NCBI GenBank assembly: GCA_963716745.1
Contig: OY970320.1
Span: 2,016,001-2,080,000, forward strand
Reading direction: 5' to 3'
Length of the DNA stretch: 64,000 nt
DNA from: an uncultured Gemmatimonadaceae bacterium
GTDB taxonomy: Bacteria; Gemmatimonadota; Gemmatimonadetes; Gemmatimonadales; Gemmatimonadaceae
Shown here: positions 1-11,863 of the stretch, in pieces
Layout: every line of letters starts with the position of its first letter
Numbering within the stretch: position 1 is the first letter of the stretch
The notes under the pieces: generated by a model
Databases searched by the model: none
The model's input: only the letters and a program-made list of their open reading frames with translations
What the model was told of the DNA's origin: nothing
Position numbers and translations under genes: made by a program

Positions 1-1067
1 GGCTGTTGGTGAGCGGCGGCATCGACTCGAGCGCCGTCGCATCCAGCGCGTCGCGGGCGCGGGCCGGCATGAAAGGATTCGTGATCGGCTTCGACAGCCC
101 GGAGCATGATGAACGGGCATTCGCCCGACAACTCGCGCAGGGTTGCGGCATCGACCTTGTCGAGCGCGTCGTGGCCGCTGGGCAAGGCGATGCGCTCATC
201 GGCGAGATGGCGAGCGCCTATGACGAACCGCTCGCGGACACATCGACGCTGCCCTGCCTTGCGCTCTTCCGCCTGGTGCGGGAAAACAATTTCAAAGTCG
301 TGCTCGGCGGAGATGGCGGAGATGAATTGTTCAGTGGGTATCGGCGCTACGATCGTTTGGCGGATGCGGAAGGCGGGTCACAGGCGCCGTGGCCGGTGAA
401 GCTCGTGGGGGCGCAGAGCGCGCGGCAGGCGTTCCGGATCGCGTCGCGGCCGGCACGATACCCGGGCAGCGCATGGCGTACGTACTACCAGAACATCCGG
501 CTATTTTCCGTCGAGCAGCAGCGGTCGTTGCTGGCGCCCGAATGGCGGCCCCGCGATGAGGACGAACTCACGTGGCAGTTCCGTGAGTTCTGGAATGACG
601 ATCTCGATACGGTGAAGGCGGCGCAGTTGTACGATCTGCAGACGTATCTGCCCAATGACATCCTCACGAAGGTCGACCGGTCATCAATGTATTTCGGCGT
701 GGAGGCGCGCGTGCCATTGCTCTCGCGGAAGATGGTGGAACTCTCCCTCGGTACATCCACGCGCCTTCACCGGCGCGGCGGCCGCCGCAAGAACATCCTG
801 AAGAACGCGATCCGTTCGCGCGTACCGGACGAGTTGCTCTCGGACCGCAAGCGCGGATTCAGCCTTCCGCTGGAGACAACGATCGGGCCGAAGCTCCGCG
901 AGTGGGCCGGCGGCATGGCGAGCGCGGCCATCGTGCGGGACGGGTTGGTCGACTCGTCGCGCGGCGCCTGGACATCCGCGAATCTCGACCAGTTGTGGGC
1001 GCTCTTCGTGCTCGAATCGTGGTGGGTGCGCTGGTTGAAGCGACCTGCGACGGCGACGGCGCGATGA
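1..1067 (+). CDS. asnB: Asparagine synthase (glutamine-hydrolysing)-like amidotransferase, C-terminal part (5'-truncated by window)
   Basis: Motifs SGGIDSS, GDGGDELFSGY, KVDRSSM...EARVPLL, KRGF. Confidence 0.9.
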   Translation, partial: LLVSGGIDSSAVASSASRARAGMKGFVIGFDSPEHDERAFARQLAQGCGIDLVERVVAAGQGDALIGEMASAYDEPLADTSTLPCLALFRLVRENNFKVVLGGDGGDELFSGYRRYDRLADAEGGSQAPWPVKLVGAQSARQAFRIASRPARYPGSAWRTYYQNIRLFSVEQQRSLLAPEWRPRDEDELTWQFREFWNDDLDTVKAAQLYDLQTYLPNDILTKVDRSSMYFGVEARVPLLSRKMVELSLGTSTRLHRRGGRRKNILKNAIRSRVPDELLSDRKRGFSLPLETTIGPKLREWAGGMASAAIVRDGLVDSSRGAWTSANLDQLWALFVLESWWVRWLKRPATATAR

Positions 1068-1902
1068 CGGTGAACTCCGATGCGTTGACGATCGTGGTCC
1101 GCAGCGCGGACGAGCGGACCGAGGGACTCTGCGTGTCCACGATCAGGTCGCAGACCAATGCGGAGCTGCACGTCGTGCGCGAGCGTCCCGTTCCTCGCCG
1201 CGCTGCGCAGCTCGGTGAGGATCGGCATGAAGGCCGGCCGCGAGTTCACGCTGTGCGTGGACGCCGACGTGATCCTCGCGCCGGGGGCGATCGCTCGAAT
1301 GATCGGTCTCCTCACCTCGGCGCCGGATGCGTTCTTCGCGGGCGGGCTCTGGTGATGGATCGGTACTACGGGAGACCGAAGTCTCGCGGCGTGCACCTCT
1401 ATCGGACCCGCTTCCTGGCCGAGGCGGAGAAAGCGATCACCGATTCCGAGTCGGTCGAACGACCCGAGACTGAAATGAAACTCGTGCTGTTCGCGCGCGG
1501 GCGAACGAGCCAGCATGTGGGCGACCGGCTGCTCGGCCTGCACGGATTCGGGCAGTACTATCGCGATGTGTTCCGCACGATCGCGTGCCGGGGCCAGAAG
1601 AGTCCGGAAGAGTTCCAGCCGTTGATGGAGCGATTCTCTCGTCGGCGCGGGGCGGGATGTCGACCTGCGCGTCGCGATGTGGGCATTGATCGAGAGTTTG
1701 GACAGCGATTTCTCGCTGGACGCCGGCCAGTGGCGCGGCCACTTCGCGCGAATCCGAGGAGGCGACCGGGCTTACGGAGAAGGCGGAGATGACGCCGTCG
1801 GAGGCCGCGAGCCTCAAACGTTTGGCACAGCTATCGGCGGCGCCGCCGATGAGTTGGTGGCCATATCTCCGCCGATTCCGGCGCGTGGGGCGCACGGGCT
1901 AG
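1064..1902 (+). CDS. GT-A/GT2-like glycosyltransferase (frameshifted, end approximate)
   Basis: ATGA overlap with asnB stop; LTIVVRS start and LCVDADVIL DxD motif spread over several frames. Confidence 0.55.
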
Positions 1903-3037
1903 GTCGCACGGCGCTCAGTCCTCCGCATTGCTGCTCGAGTAGGCGGCAGGCCGTCCGATCGGAGATCCTGCGCGAAACGGGACAGGCCACAATTCGGCTC
2001 TATTCGCGGGACCAGCCACCGATCGCTCGCCGCGTCGGCGACGCCCGACTTGGTCGTGAAGCCGAGGCGATAACCGGCCGTCCTCAGCTCCGCGGCCGAT
2101 CCTTCCGTGGCATCTCCGTTGGGGTAGGCGAAGAAACGGCAGTCCCGCCCGCTCATTTGTTCGATCCGCTGCTTCGAGACCGATAACTCGGCGGCGCGAA
2201 CCGCGGCCGGCTGATCCGCATGGTGGATCTCGTGATCGACGCCATGACTCCCGATCTCGACCCCCGAAGCGGCCAACTCACGCACTTGGGTGGCCGTCAT
2301 GCTGCGCAGCGAAGGGAAATTTGCTGAGCAGGCGCCGGGATTCTTCTGCCGGGAACTGGGAGCGAAGCGCGCTCATCGCGCGAACGCGGTCGGCAGCGGG
2401 TAGCGACTTGAATGGCTGCGCAGTGCTCGGAACGCGATCTCGCGCTCGGTACGGGATCCGAGCGGCCAGTGCCGGTCGAACAGTTCCAGCCGCGCGCGAA
2501 TTGCCATGCAGCAGCAACATCGACAACTCCGCGGTCCAAATGGTGGTGCCGGCGTCCACGGGGCCGGTCGTTACGAAGACGGCCCACGGCAACCTCGCCG
2601 CCGCGAGCAGCTCGGCGGCGTAGAGATTGTTCGCGTATCCGTCGTCGAACGTGATCGCGACGGTCGTGCCTCGTTGCGGAACGCGCCTCTCCTCCAGCAT
2701 TGACGCCAGTTCGCCCAGCGGGATGACGCGAAGCCGGCGCAGGAGCGCGAGCTGCACGCGGAAATCCGGCGTCACGAGGAAATTGCGTTCAAGCAGTTGG
2801 ATCATCGAAGCGATCGACGATCCCATGGAAGAAGAGCACATGCACGCCACGAGAGGCGCGATTGCGCAGCGTGATCGCGCTGACGCGGACGCCGAGGGCG
2901 AGTTTGAGCGAGGCCAACCGGTCGGCGATCACGGCGCGCGCGCGCTCCACTGCTGTGAGTCGGCGGCGCACTCGATCGACGTTCAGTGCGATGCCCGTAC
3001 GGTAGATATCGAAGCGCCCGCGTTTCGCGGATGTCAC
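1899..3037 (-). CDS. Polysaccharide deacetylase (NodB/CE4), frameshifted
   Basis: AITFDDGY, EIGSHGVDH, FAYPNG motifs across ORFs 2789-3037, 2278-2850 and 1899-2300. Confidence 0.85.
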
Positions 3038-3965
3038 TTGCCTGCTGCACCTTGTACGCCTCGAGACCGTTCAGGAAATCGAATTCGTCAATGTCCGGGT
3101 CGGCCGCCGCGCGCGCGAGGAGGAAGCCGAGCAGGAGCTTCCCGGGGCTGCGCTCGATCGCGGGATCATAGCACGGCTTGTAGTAGTACTCGCGCCGCGC
3201 CCACCGGAATCCCGACGTGAGCCGCGATCAGGTCATCGCCCCACCACAATCCGTCGAGGTGCATCGCCTCTCGTCGCACTCAGCTCGGCGAGGAGCGCGA
3301 TGAGATACGCGCGCTCCTCGGGTCGTTCGAATTGGCTCTGCCGCGTTCTGCCCGCGCCATTCGCGAACATGGAGCGCCATGAATTGCTCGAGCAACGACA
3401 GCGTGAGCGCGGCGCCGGTCACGCGCTCATAGCGCAGCGGCCGGACGCGATCGAACCAGCGCCGATCGCCGCGATAGTGGCGCGTCTCGATCTTGTCCCG
3501 GCAGCGATCGAGCATTGGTCGCGTCAGGCGCGGGTGCGTGCGGGCCGAGCTCATCTGCGAGAGCGCGCCGCGGTACTGCGCCACGGGCACCGATGCCGGA
3601 ATGCGGCGCAGGATCAATCGCGACCAGTTTCCTTCGCGCCGAAGCCAGCTGAAGAAATCGTCCAGCTCGCTCGCGTGCTCCGGCGCGCAGAGAACATGAT
3701 TGTAGTCTCCGCGCTTATCGCCGAGCAGCCGCCAGATCCTTGGTGCGGAACGCTCGAAGTAGAATGGCGCGATGATCCGTGGCTCACCCTCCGCCGGCCA
3801 GACCGCGACGCGAAGCTCGCGGTCCGCGCCGAATGACCGCCACCACGCGGCGTAGAATTCCAGGCTGCCGAACACATCGTCGAAGCCCGATCGCGATAGG
3901 AGGCGCCCCCAGGCGGGCGCGAGCGGCGGCATCGCATCGAAGGACGTCACGAATCGCCCGGTCAC
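3034..3965 (-). CDS. GNAT acetyltransferase, CelD/BcsL family, frameshifted
   Basis: W..L...FGSLEFYAAWWRSF and DYNHVL; GTGA overlaps with both neighbours. Confidence 0.7.
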
Positions 3966-4797
3966 TCGCTCAAGCCTCGAGCACGTAGTGGACGTGCGGA
4001 CATGTCAGCGCGATGCGGGCAACGTCCATGGCGCGGGGCTGTGTCCGCCCTGGTGCGGGCAGTGCGGTGCGCCAAGCCGGGTTCCTTGAACCGATTGCTT
4101 CCGTACACTGCTCGCACTTTCAAGCCGAGGCTGGATACGAGGCGGAGTTGGCGAAAGGGCGCGCGGTGGTAAAGGATCTGTTCGCCGAAGTCGTCGCGAT
4201 AGACGCCATATCCCGCTGCGAACGTCTGCGGTCGCTGCGCGAGCACGAAGTTCATCTTCCGTCGCCATTCAGCGGCGAGTCCGTTCCGCCGGACCTGCCC
4301 CAGCGCGCCGAGCCAATTGTGACCGCTGAAGTAGAGCACACCGCCCGGCCGCACGACGCGATGCATCTCACTGAGCGCCTGCCGGCGGAGCTGCGGAGGG
4401 GAAAATGCCGTCAATGCCGTTGAACGAGAAGAGCGCGGCGTCGAACGACCGATCGGCGAACGCGAGCGCGGCGGCGTCCATCTGGAGGATCTCAGCGTCG
4501 AGGGCTCGAGACCGGGTCGCGGCGACCATGTCCGGGGAATAGTCGATCGCGGTCACCCGGTAGCCTCGTTGCGCGAGGGCGGCGGTAGTGCGTCCGGCGC
4601 CGCAGCCGATGTCGAGGACCCGTGCGCCTGGACGGCGGGAAATGTGACTCGATAATGTGGAGTTCCGCCGGATACAGCTGCCTCATCGCGGCTCCAGACA
4701 TCCGCGACCGCCGTCCGGCTGAAATACGCACTGATTCCGGGCAGACTCGCTCACTGGATCGACTCGCTCGACGAATGGAGTGTTCGGCTATCCCCAT
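3962..4797 (-). CDS. Class I SAM-dependent methyltransferase, frameshifted (start uncertain)
   Basis: VLDIGCGAGRT, AIDYSPDMV, FADRSFD, EMHRVVRPGG fragments. Confidence 0.8.
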
Positions 4798-4892
4798 CGA
4801 AGTGTACTTCTCGCACGTGCGGCGGGCGAGCGCTATCTCTTAGATTAGTCGATTGAAAATCCCCGGCACTATCCCCGGCAACTCCGCGTGAC

Positions 4893-5893
4893 ATGCGCAT
4901 CTTCTTGCTCGGAGTCACATCACAACCGGAGACGTTCCTCGAGCAGAAATTCGAGGCTTTCCGGCGAGCCGGCATCGACTTGGCCGTGTCGTCGCGCGTC
5001 GATGAGCGGCGTGATCCGACGCTTCCGTCCAGACATCATCCACTTCGAGTGGAATTCCGCCGCGATCAATGCACTTCCGCGGCGTGCGGTCTGGGAGTAT
5101 CCGGTGGTCGTCAGCTGCCGCGGCACGCAGATCCGGATCCGCCCGCACGTCACGCCCGGATACTCCGATGCCCTGCTCGAGACGTTCGTGCGCGCGAGCG
5201 CGGTGCATTGTGTGTGCGAGACGATCCGCGACGAGGCCGTCGCGCTTGGGCTCGACCCGAGCGAAGGCCGAGGTGATCTTCCCGGCGTCGATGAGCGGCG
5301 GTTCGCACCCGTCGCACGGACAGCCACTAACGGTCCCGTGCGGATCGTCGCCGTGGGCTCGCTGATCTGGACGAAAGGCTACGAGTACGCGCTGCTCACC
5401 CTGCGCGCGTTGGTTGATCGCGGCGTGGATGCCACGCTCGAGATCATCGGCGACGGCAACGAGCGCCAGCGCGTGCTGTTCACCATGCGCGATCTGGGTC
5501 TCGCCGATCGCGTCACGCTGCGGCTCACGGTGCCGCCGGCGCAAGTCCGCGAGGCAATGCAGCGCGCCGACATCTTCCTGCATTCGAGTCTGAGCGAAGG
5601 GATCTCCAATGCCGCGCTCGAGGCGATGGCGTGCGGACTGCCGGTGGTGACGACCGATGCCGGCGGGATGCGTGAGGCGGTGCGGGACGGACACGACGGC
5701 TTCGTGGTCCCTCTGCGTGATCCGGCCGCCGCCGCGAACGCCGTGGAACGACTCGCGCGCGATCCCGAGCTCCGCGCCCGCATGGGACGCGCCGGCCGCG
5801 CGACGGTCGAATCGAAGTTCCGCCTCGACGACCAGATCGCGCGCTTCATCGCCCTCTACGAACGCGTGGCCGCGCGCTCACGTGGCCGCCTAG
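4893..5893 (+). CDS. GT4 glycosyltransferase (WcaL-like), frameshifted
   Basis: PETF N-terminal motif, VGSLIWTKG, SLSEGISNAALEAMACGLPVV. Confidence 0.85.
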
Positions 5894-5895
5894 AA

Positions 5896-7763
5896 ATGTG
5901 CGGCATCTGCGGCGTGCTCACTCCCGACGGCGCCGCGGCATCGCCGGAATTCGCGTTCGCGGTCGCGAAGATGTCGCAACTCATGGCGCGACGCGGACCT
6001 GACTCGCACGGCGCCTGGGTGGACGACCGCGGGCTTCGCGCGCTTCGGATTTCGCCGGCTTGCGGTGATCGATACCTCGAGCGCCGCGCGATCAACCAAT
6101 GCTCAGCGCCGATGGTCGGTCGGCCATCGTCATGAACGGCGAGATCTACAATTTTCGCGAGCTGCGCGCGGAACTCGAATCGCTCGGCCGCCACTTCCGC
6201 ACGAAGTCGGACACGGAGGTGCTGCTCGCCGCCCTCCACCAGTGGGGACACGACGCGCTCGCACGCCTGAACGGCATGTTCGCGTTCGCCTGGTACGACG
6301 CCGAGCATCGCACACTGCTGCTCGCGCGCGATCACGCCGGGATCAAGCCGCTCTCGTACTTCGTGCATCCCGGTGGCGGCGGCATCGCATTCGCATCGCG
6401 CTACGATGCGCTGCTGCATACCCCATGGGGGCGGCCGGGAGGCATCGATCGCGAGACGCTCGCGCTGTACCTCCGTCTGCAGCATCTGCCCGCGCCCTAC
6501 GCGCTGCTCGAGAACACGCACCAGCTCGAGCCCGGCCACTCGCTCACGGTGAGCGCTGACGGCCGGACCGAGAAACGCTGCTGGTGGCAACATGCCGCGC
6601 GACCCGGCGCCCGACCTTCGCGGCGCGGCCGCGATCGATGCGCTCGGCGGCGCGCTCGAGAATGCGGTGCGGCGCAACCGGATCGCCGATGTGCCGCTCG
6701 GCGTGTTCCTCTCGGGCGGAGTCGATTCGCCGTTGATCTCGGCGGTCGCGCGCGAACAGGCGGGACCGGAATTGCAGGCGTTCACGATCGCGAACCCGGG
6801 CTGGCGGCAGGACGAGGGACCGGACGCCGAGCGATATGCGCGCACGTTGGGAGTTCAGCTCGTCAAGCACGATGCGACGGCGAGCGAAGCGCTCGCCGCC
6901 GTGAGCGACGTTCGCGAGGCGCAGTACGAGCCATTCGCGCGATTTCTCGATCCTGCCGACACTGCTCGTGAGCCGTCTCGCACGCGAGCGCGCGACGGTC
7001 GCGCTGAGCGGGGATGGCGGGGATGAGTTGTTCTTCGGCTATGAACGGCCGGTCTCATTGCTGCAGCGAGTGGACGGGATTTTCGGCTTCCCTGGCTCGC
7101 GCGCATCGCGAAGTACGCGATCTCGGCGCGCGGCCACCGGCCGTCGGCCATCGGATGTGATCGTGCACCGGACTGCCGGGGACTACTACTTCAGCGTCAA
7201 TTCCCGCATGAGCGCGGCGACCGTCAGGCAGCATCGCGCCCTCGCTCAGCACGATACCGGACGATTTCGATCTCTATGAGTCGGGGCCATATCGCGATCC
7301 GTTGCAACTCGCCAATTTCTCACGACGCGCGGAGTTCGAGGGGCAGCTGCAGCGCGGGCTGAAGAAGGTGGACATGGCGAGCATGCATCACAGTCTCGAG
7401 GTGCGCGTGCCGATGCTGGATCGCGAGGTGATCGAGGTGAGCCTGCGAATCGATCCGTTCGAGAACCTTCGCGACGGCGCGCGGAAGGCAGTGCTGCGCG
7501 ACCTCCTCGCCCGGCACGTGCCGAGGGAGATCATCCCCGCGGCGAAGCGTGGGTTCGCGGTGCCGCTCGGCGATTGGCTCCGTGGCCCGCTCAAGGATAC
7601 GGCGCAACAGGCGCTATTCGCGCCGGCACTGATGGGCACCGGCCTCTTCGAGAAGAAGCGGATCAATGCGTATTGGAAGCAGCATCTCAGTGGGCAGCAC
7701 GACCACAAGTGGGGCATTTGGACACTGATGACGCTCTCGTGGTGGCTGGAGCGCAACGCGTGA
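5896..7763 (+). CDS. asnB: Asparagine synthase (glutamine-hydrolysing)-like amidotransferase, frameshifted
   Basis: MCGICG Ntn start, RRGPD, NGEIYNF, RDHAGIKPL, LSGGVDS, SGDGGDELF, EVRVPMLD. Confidence 0.9.
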
Positions 7764-8884
7764 GCGCTCCGGTGAAGATCCTCTTCACGATCCCGAATTT
7801 CATCACGGCCGGCTCCGGCCGCGCGATGCTCAACGTCGTCGAGCGACTGGACCGCACGAAGTTCGAACCGAGCATCGCCGTGCTCAAGCGCGGCGGAAAG
7901 CTGGAGGCGGAGATCGAGCGCCGGGGGATCTCGCTGCTCGAACTTCAGTTCACGTTGAACGCGCGTCCGTACCACACACTGCGCGGGCGCGTGAGTGCGG
8001 CCGCCGCGCCATTCAAAGAGCATGGCTTTGCGCTCTGGCATTCGTTCCACTACGCCGATGATTATACGGAGCCGCTAATCGCGCGCGCGGCGGGAGCGCG
8101 CGGGTGGATCTACACCAAGAAGAACATGAACTGGCACGCACGCGCTTGGCACCTGCGATCGCTGCTCGCCCGGCGCATCGCCGCGCAGAACACGGACATG
8201 ATGCGTGAATTCTTCGCCGGCATCGCGTACCGGGCGAAGACGCGGCTCGTGCCACGCGGCGTGGATGTGGCCGCGTTCTCGCCGAGCGTGCCGGCGCGGC
8301 TCAAGCTGCGCGAGCAACTCGGAATTCCGGCGAGCGCGACGGTGGTCACGAGCGTGGCGCAGCTACTGCCGGTGAAAGGGCACCCGGTGCTCATTCTCGC
8401 GGCGGCGTCGGTGAAGAACACGCACCTGCTGCTCGCGGGCGGCGACGAGAAGTCCGAATACGCCGATTCACTGCGCGGACAGGTGAAACGCCACGGGGTC
8501 GGCGACCGCGTGCACTTCCTGGGCCGCGTGGACGACGTGCCCGCATTGCTCGCTGAGACGGACATTTTCGCGCTCGCCACGCGCGCGCAGGGACATGAGG
8601 AGGGCTGCCCGGTGGCGCTGCTCGAGGCGATGGCCGCGGGGCGCGCCTGCATCGCGACCGACGTCGCCGGTTCGCGCGATCTTCTCACGAACGGCCAGAG
8701 CGGCGTGCTCGTGCCCTCCGGCGATCCGCTGGCCATGGGCCAGGCGATCGATCGATTCGCGCAGAACGCGGGGGAGCGCCGGCGGTTCGGTCACGCCGCG
8801 CTCACGCGGGTGATCGAGAAGTTCACGATCGACCACGAGGTGCGCGCGCACGAGTCGCTCTATGCGGAGGCGCTCAACGCGTGA
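7760..8884 (+). CDS. GT4 glycosyltransferase
   Basis: Intact frame; VAQLLPVKGH and EGCPVALLEAMAAG; GTGA overlap with asnB. Confidence 0.9.
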   Translation: MSAPVKILFTIPNFITAGSGRAMLNVVERLDRTKFEPSIAVLKRGGKLEAEIERRGISLLELQFTLNARPYHTLRGRVSAAAAPFKEHGFALWHSFHYADDYTEPLIARAAGARGWIYTKKNMNWHARAWHLRSLLARRIAAQNTDMMREFFAGIAYRAKTRLVPRGVDVAAFSPSVPARLKLREQLGIPASATVVTSVAQLLPVKGHPVLILAAASVKNTHLLLAGGDEKSEYADSLRGQVKRHGVGDRVHFLGRVDDVPALLAETDIFALATRAQGHEEGCPVALLEAMAAGRACIATDVAGSRDLLTNGQSGVLVPSGDPLAMGQAIDRFAQNAGERRRFGHAALTRVIEKFTIDHEVRAHESLYAEALNA

Positions 8885-10629
8885 GTGCCTTCGCGGACTT
8901 CCACGTCGGGTTCGGCGCCGATGCGGCGGCACCGCCGGCCACGCGCCTTCTCGATGTGCCATGGCGCGCGGCCGGCGCGCTCGCGGGGTCGTGGAACGCG
9001 TCTATCGCGGCGGCGCCACGAAGCGCGCTCGTGCAGACGCGCGATGTTGCGCCATGGAGCGTCTGGCTGCTCGGAGAACTCGTGCGCTACGACGCGCTCG
9101 TTGCACCGGCGGACCCGCTCGGCGCTTTCGTGATGGACTTGCGCGCAGGACGCGCGAACGCGGTGCTGCTGGATGGACACTTCGTGATCTTCGCCTGGAA
9201 CGCCGACACGCGTGAATGGCACGTTTGGACGAATCGGTTCGGAACGGTGCACGCATACTCGGCGCTCGGCGCGAAACGCTCGGTGCTCGGCACGTTCCAT
9301 CCCGCGGTCTCGAAGAGCGTCGAGGCGAAACGCCTCGACTGGAGCGCGCTGAGCGGATTCTTCGCGACGGGCTACTTCCCCGAGGACCGCACGCACTTCG
9401 AAGAAGTGCAGATCCTGAGGCCGGCGTCGCACTATGTGTTCGATGTCACCGGGCTGATCGTGCGCGAGGAGCGCTATTGGCAGTGGGAGCACCGGCCCGA
9501 CCGGGCTCAAGGATTCGACGCGGCGCTCGAGAGGTTCGGTGACACACTCGGCACCGTGATGCGCGAGCGCACCGCGACGGGCCGGATCGCCGTGCCGATC
9601 TCCGGGGGATTGGACAGCCGCACCGCGGTCGCACTACTGCCCAAGGACGCGAGCCGGCTTTGGTGCTATTCCTACGGCTATGGGAGCGACTCGGTGGAGA
9701 CCCGGATCGCTCGGAAGTCGCCGCGGCGCGCGCGCTGCGGTGCGATGCGTTCGAGGTGGATGAGTATCTCTTCGCGCGCATGGACGATGTGCTAGCGGCG
9801 ACCGAGGGTTTCAATGATGTCACTCAAACGCGCCAAGTACGGGTGAGCAACGAGCTGGACGCGCATGCCGACTCGGTGATCGCCGCGCACTGGGGGGACG
9901 TGTGGCTCGACGATGCCGGAGATGCGACCGAATCGGACGCGGTGCTCGGGCAAAGTTCTCAAGCAGGGAAGCGGTTGGCTGCTGGAGAAGTTGTGCGCGC
10001 CCCGGATGACAGGAGAACCCGGGCACAGGCCGTACGCGAGGGAGTCGAGCGGGAGCTCGCGCGCGTGTCGCACATCGCGGAACCCGAGTTCCGGATGAAG
10101 GCGTTCAAGACGGACACGTGGAGCTTTCGCTGGACCGTGACCGGCGTGCGCTCATACCAGCTCGGCGCGTTCCCGATTCTTCCGTTCTATGACGCGCGGA
10201 TGGCCGATCTCTTCTGCGCGCTGCCAACGGATTACGTGCGCGAGCGGCGCCTGCAGGTGGAATGGCTGAAGCGGTACGCTCCGGATCTGGCGCGCATCAC
10301 GTGGCAGCAGCACGATGCCGATCTCTACATGTACCGGTACGCGAACACGCTGCTGCTCCCGAAACGCGCGATGAAGAAAGCGCTGGCGGCTGCTCACGCG
10401 CCGGCCGGTGATCGAGCGGAATTGGGAAGTGCAATTCCTGTCTCCTGCCGGGCAGGGGCGATTGCGCGATGCGCTCACGCGGCCCGGGCGCCGCGTGCAC
10501 GAGTTCGTGAGCGCGGCGGCGATCAAGGAATTGCTCGACCGCTTCTTCGCGCGGCCGCTGGAGGAGAAACGCGGCTATACCGTGAGCATGCTGCTCACGT
10601 TCTCCGAATGGCTGGAGCGTTACGCGTGA
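8881..10629 (+). CDS. Divergent asparagine-synthase-related protein lacking the N-terminal Cys, frameshifted
   Basis: TNRFG, PISGGLDSR PP-loop, LPFYD; no MCG start. Confidence 0.75.
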
Positions 10630-11863
10630 GCCGCGCGCGCGTGGCGCTCGTCGTGGCGGTGTTCCCCGCGCGGTCGGAGACGTTCATCACGTCGAAGGCG
10701 CTCGGCCTCCTCGCCGCCGGCTGGGACGTGCGCATCGTCTGCCAGCGGTTCGATGCGAAACTGTTCGCCGAACTCTCGCCGCCGGAGCGTGAGGCGCTGC
10801 GCGGCCGGATCTGCGCGGCGTGGCCGCACCGGCCGAAGTGGCTCGCTGCGATGCTCGCGCCGATCGCGATGGTCCGCTGCCTGGCGAGGCGGCCTGTGGC
10901 GACGGTCAGATACCTGGCTCGCGGCGGCACACTGAGACAGCTGTATCTCGATGCGGATCTCATCTGCCTTCGATCACGAGCTGATCCACTTCGAGTTCGG
11001 AACGCTCGCCGTCGGGAAGAATCGATATCGGCCGGCTCCTGGGCGCGGCTACGGTCGTGAGTTTTCGCGGATTCGACTTGAACTTCGCCGGACTCGATGA
11101 TCCGGGCTTCTATGCCAGTGTCTGGAGGCGCGCAGGAGCGATCCACCTCTTGGGCGACGACCTTTGGCAGCGCGCACATCAGTCGCGGCTGTCCCGCCGA
11201 CAAACCGCACGCGCTGATCAGTCCGGCGATCGACGCCGGCTTTCTTCGATGCGCGACACGCCGAAAGTCATTGAGCCGGTCGGGTCCGCCGCGAGGCCGC
11301 TCAGGATCCTCAGCATCGGCCGCCTCGAATGGAAGAAGGGGTACGAGTATGCGCTTCAGGCAGCGCGCATGCTACGAGAGCGCGGCATTCACTTCGAGTA
11401 TCGTATCATTGGCGATGGCGAATTCCACACCGCCACGGCGTACGCGCGATACCAGCTCGGCCTCGCGTCGACGCCGTGACACTGCTCGGCGCACGGCCCC
11501 GGGACCGGGTGCGCGACGAGACTCGAATCGGGCGGACGTCCTGCTGCACCCAGCGGTCTCCGAGGGATTCTGCAATGCGGTGATGGAAGCGCAGGCGATG
11601 GCGGTTGCCGGTCGTATGCACCAATGCCGACGGCTTGCCGCGAGAATGTCGAGGATGGCGAGCACGGGGATCGTGGTCTCCAGGCGAGACGCCGGCGCGA
11701 TCACCGAGGCGCTCGCGCGGCTGGCGAGCGGATCCGGGCTTGCGCGCGACATGGGTGCCGCGGGACGCCGCGCGTGCTCTGTCGCACATTCCGACTCGAC
11801 CGACCAGATCGCGGCGTTCAGCGCGCTCTATGAGCGCGTCCTCGCGTTATCATTGGCGAATGA
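10626..11863 (+). CDS. GT4 glycosyltransferase (WcaL-like), heavily frameshifted
   Basis: FPARSETFI, IGRLEWKKG, SEGFCNAVMEAQAM. Confidence 0.8.

Noticed and set aside
5856..5900. GT4-AsnB fusion suggested by ORF 4888-6135
   Set aside because: Ntn amidotransferases need a free N-terminal Cys, and a TAG at 5891-5893 just before ATG-TGC indicates two genes joined by an indel.
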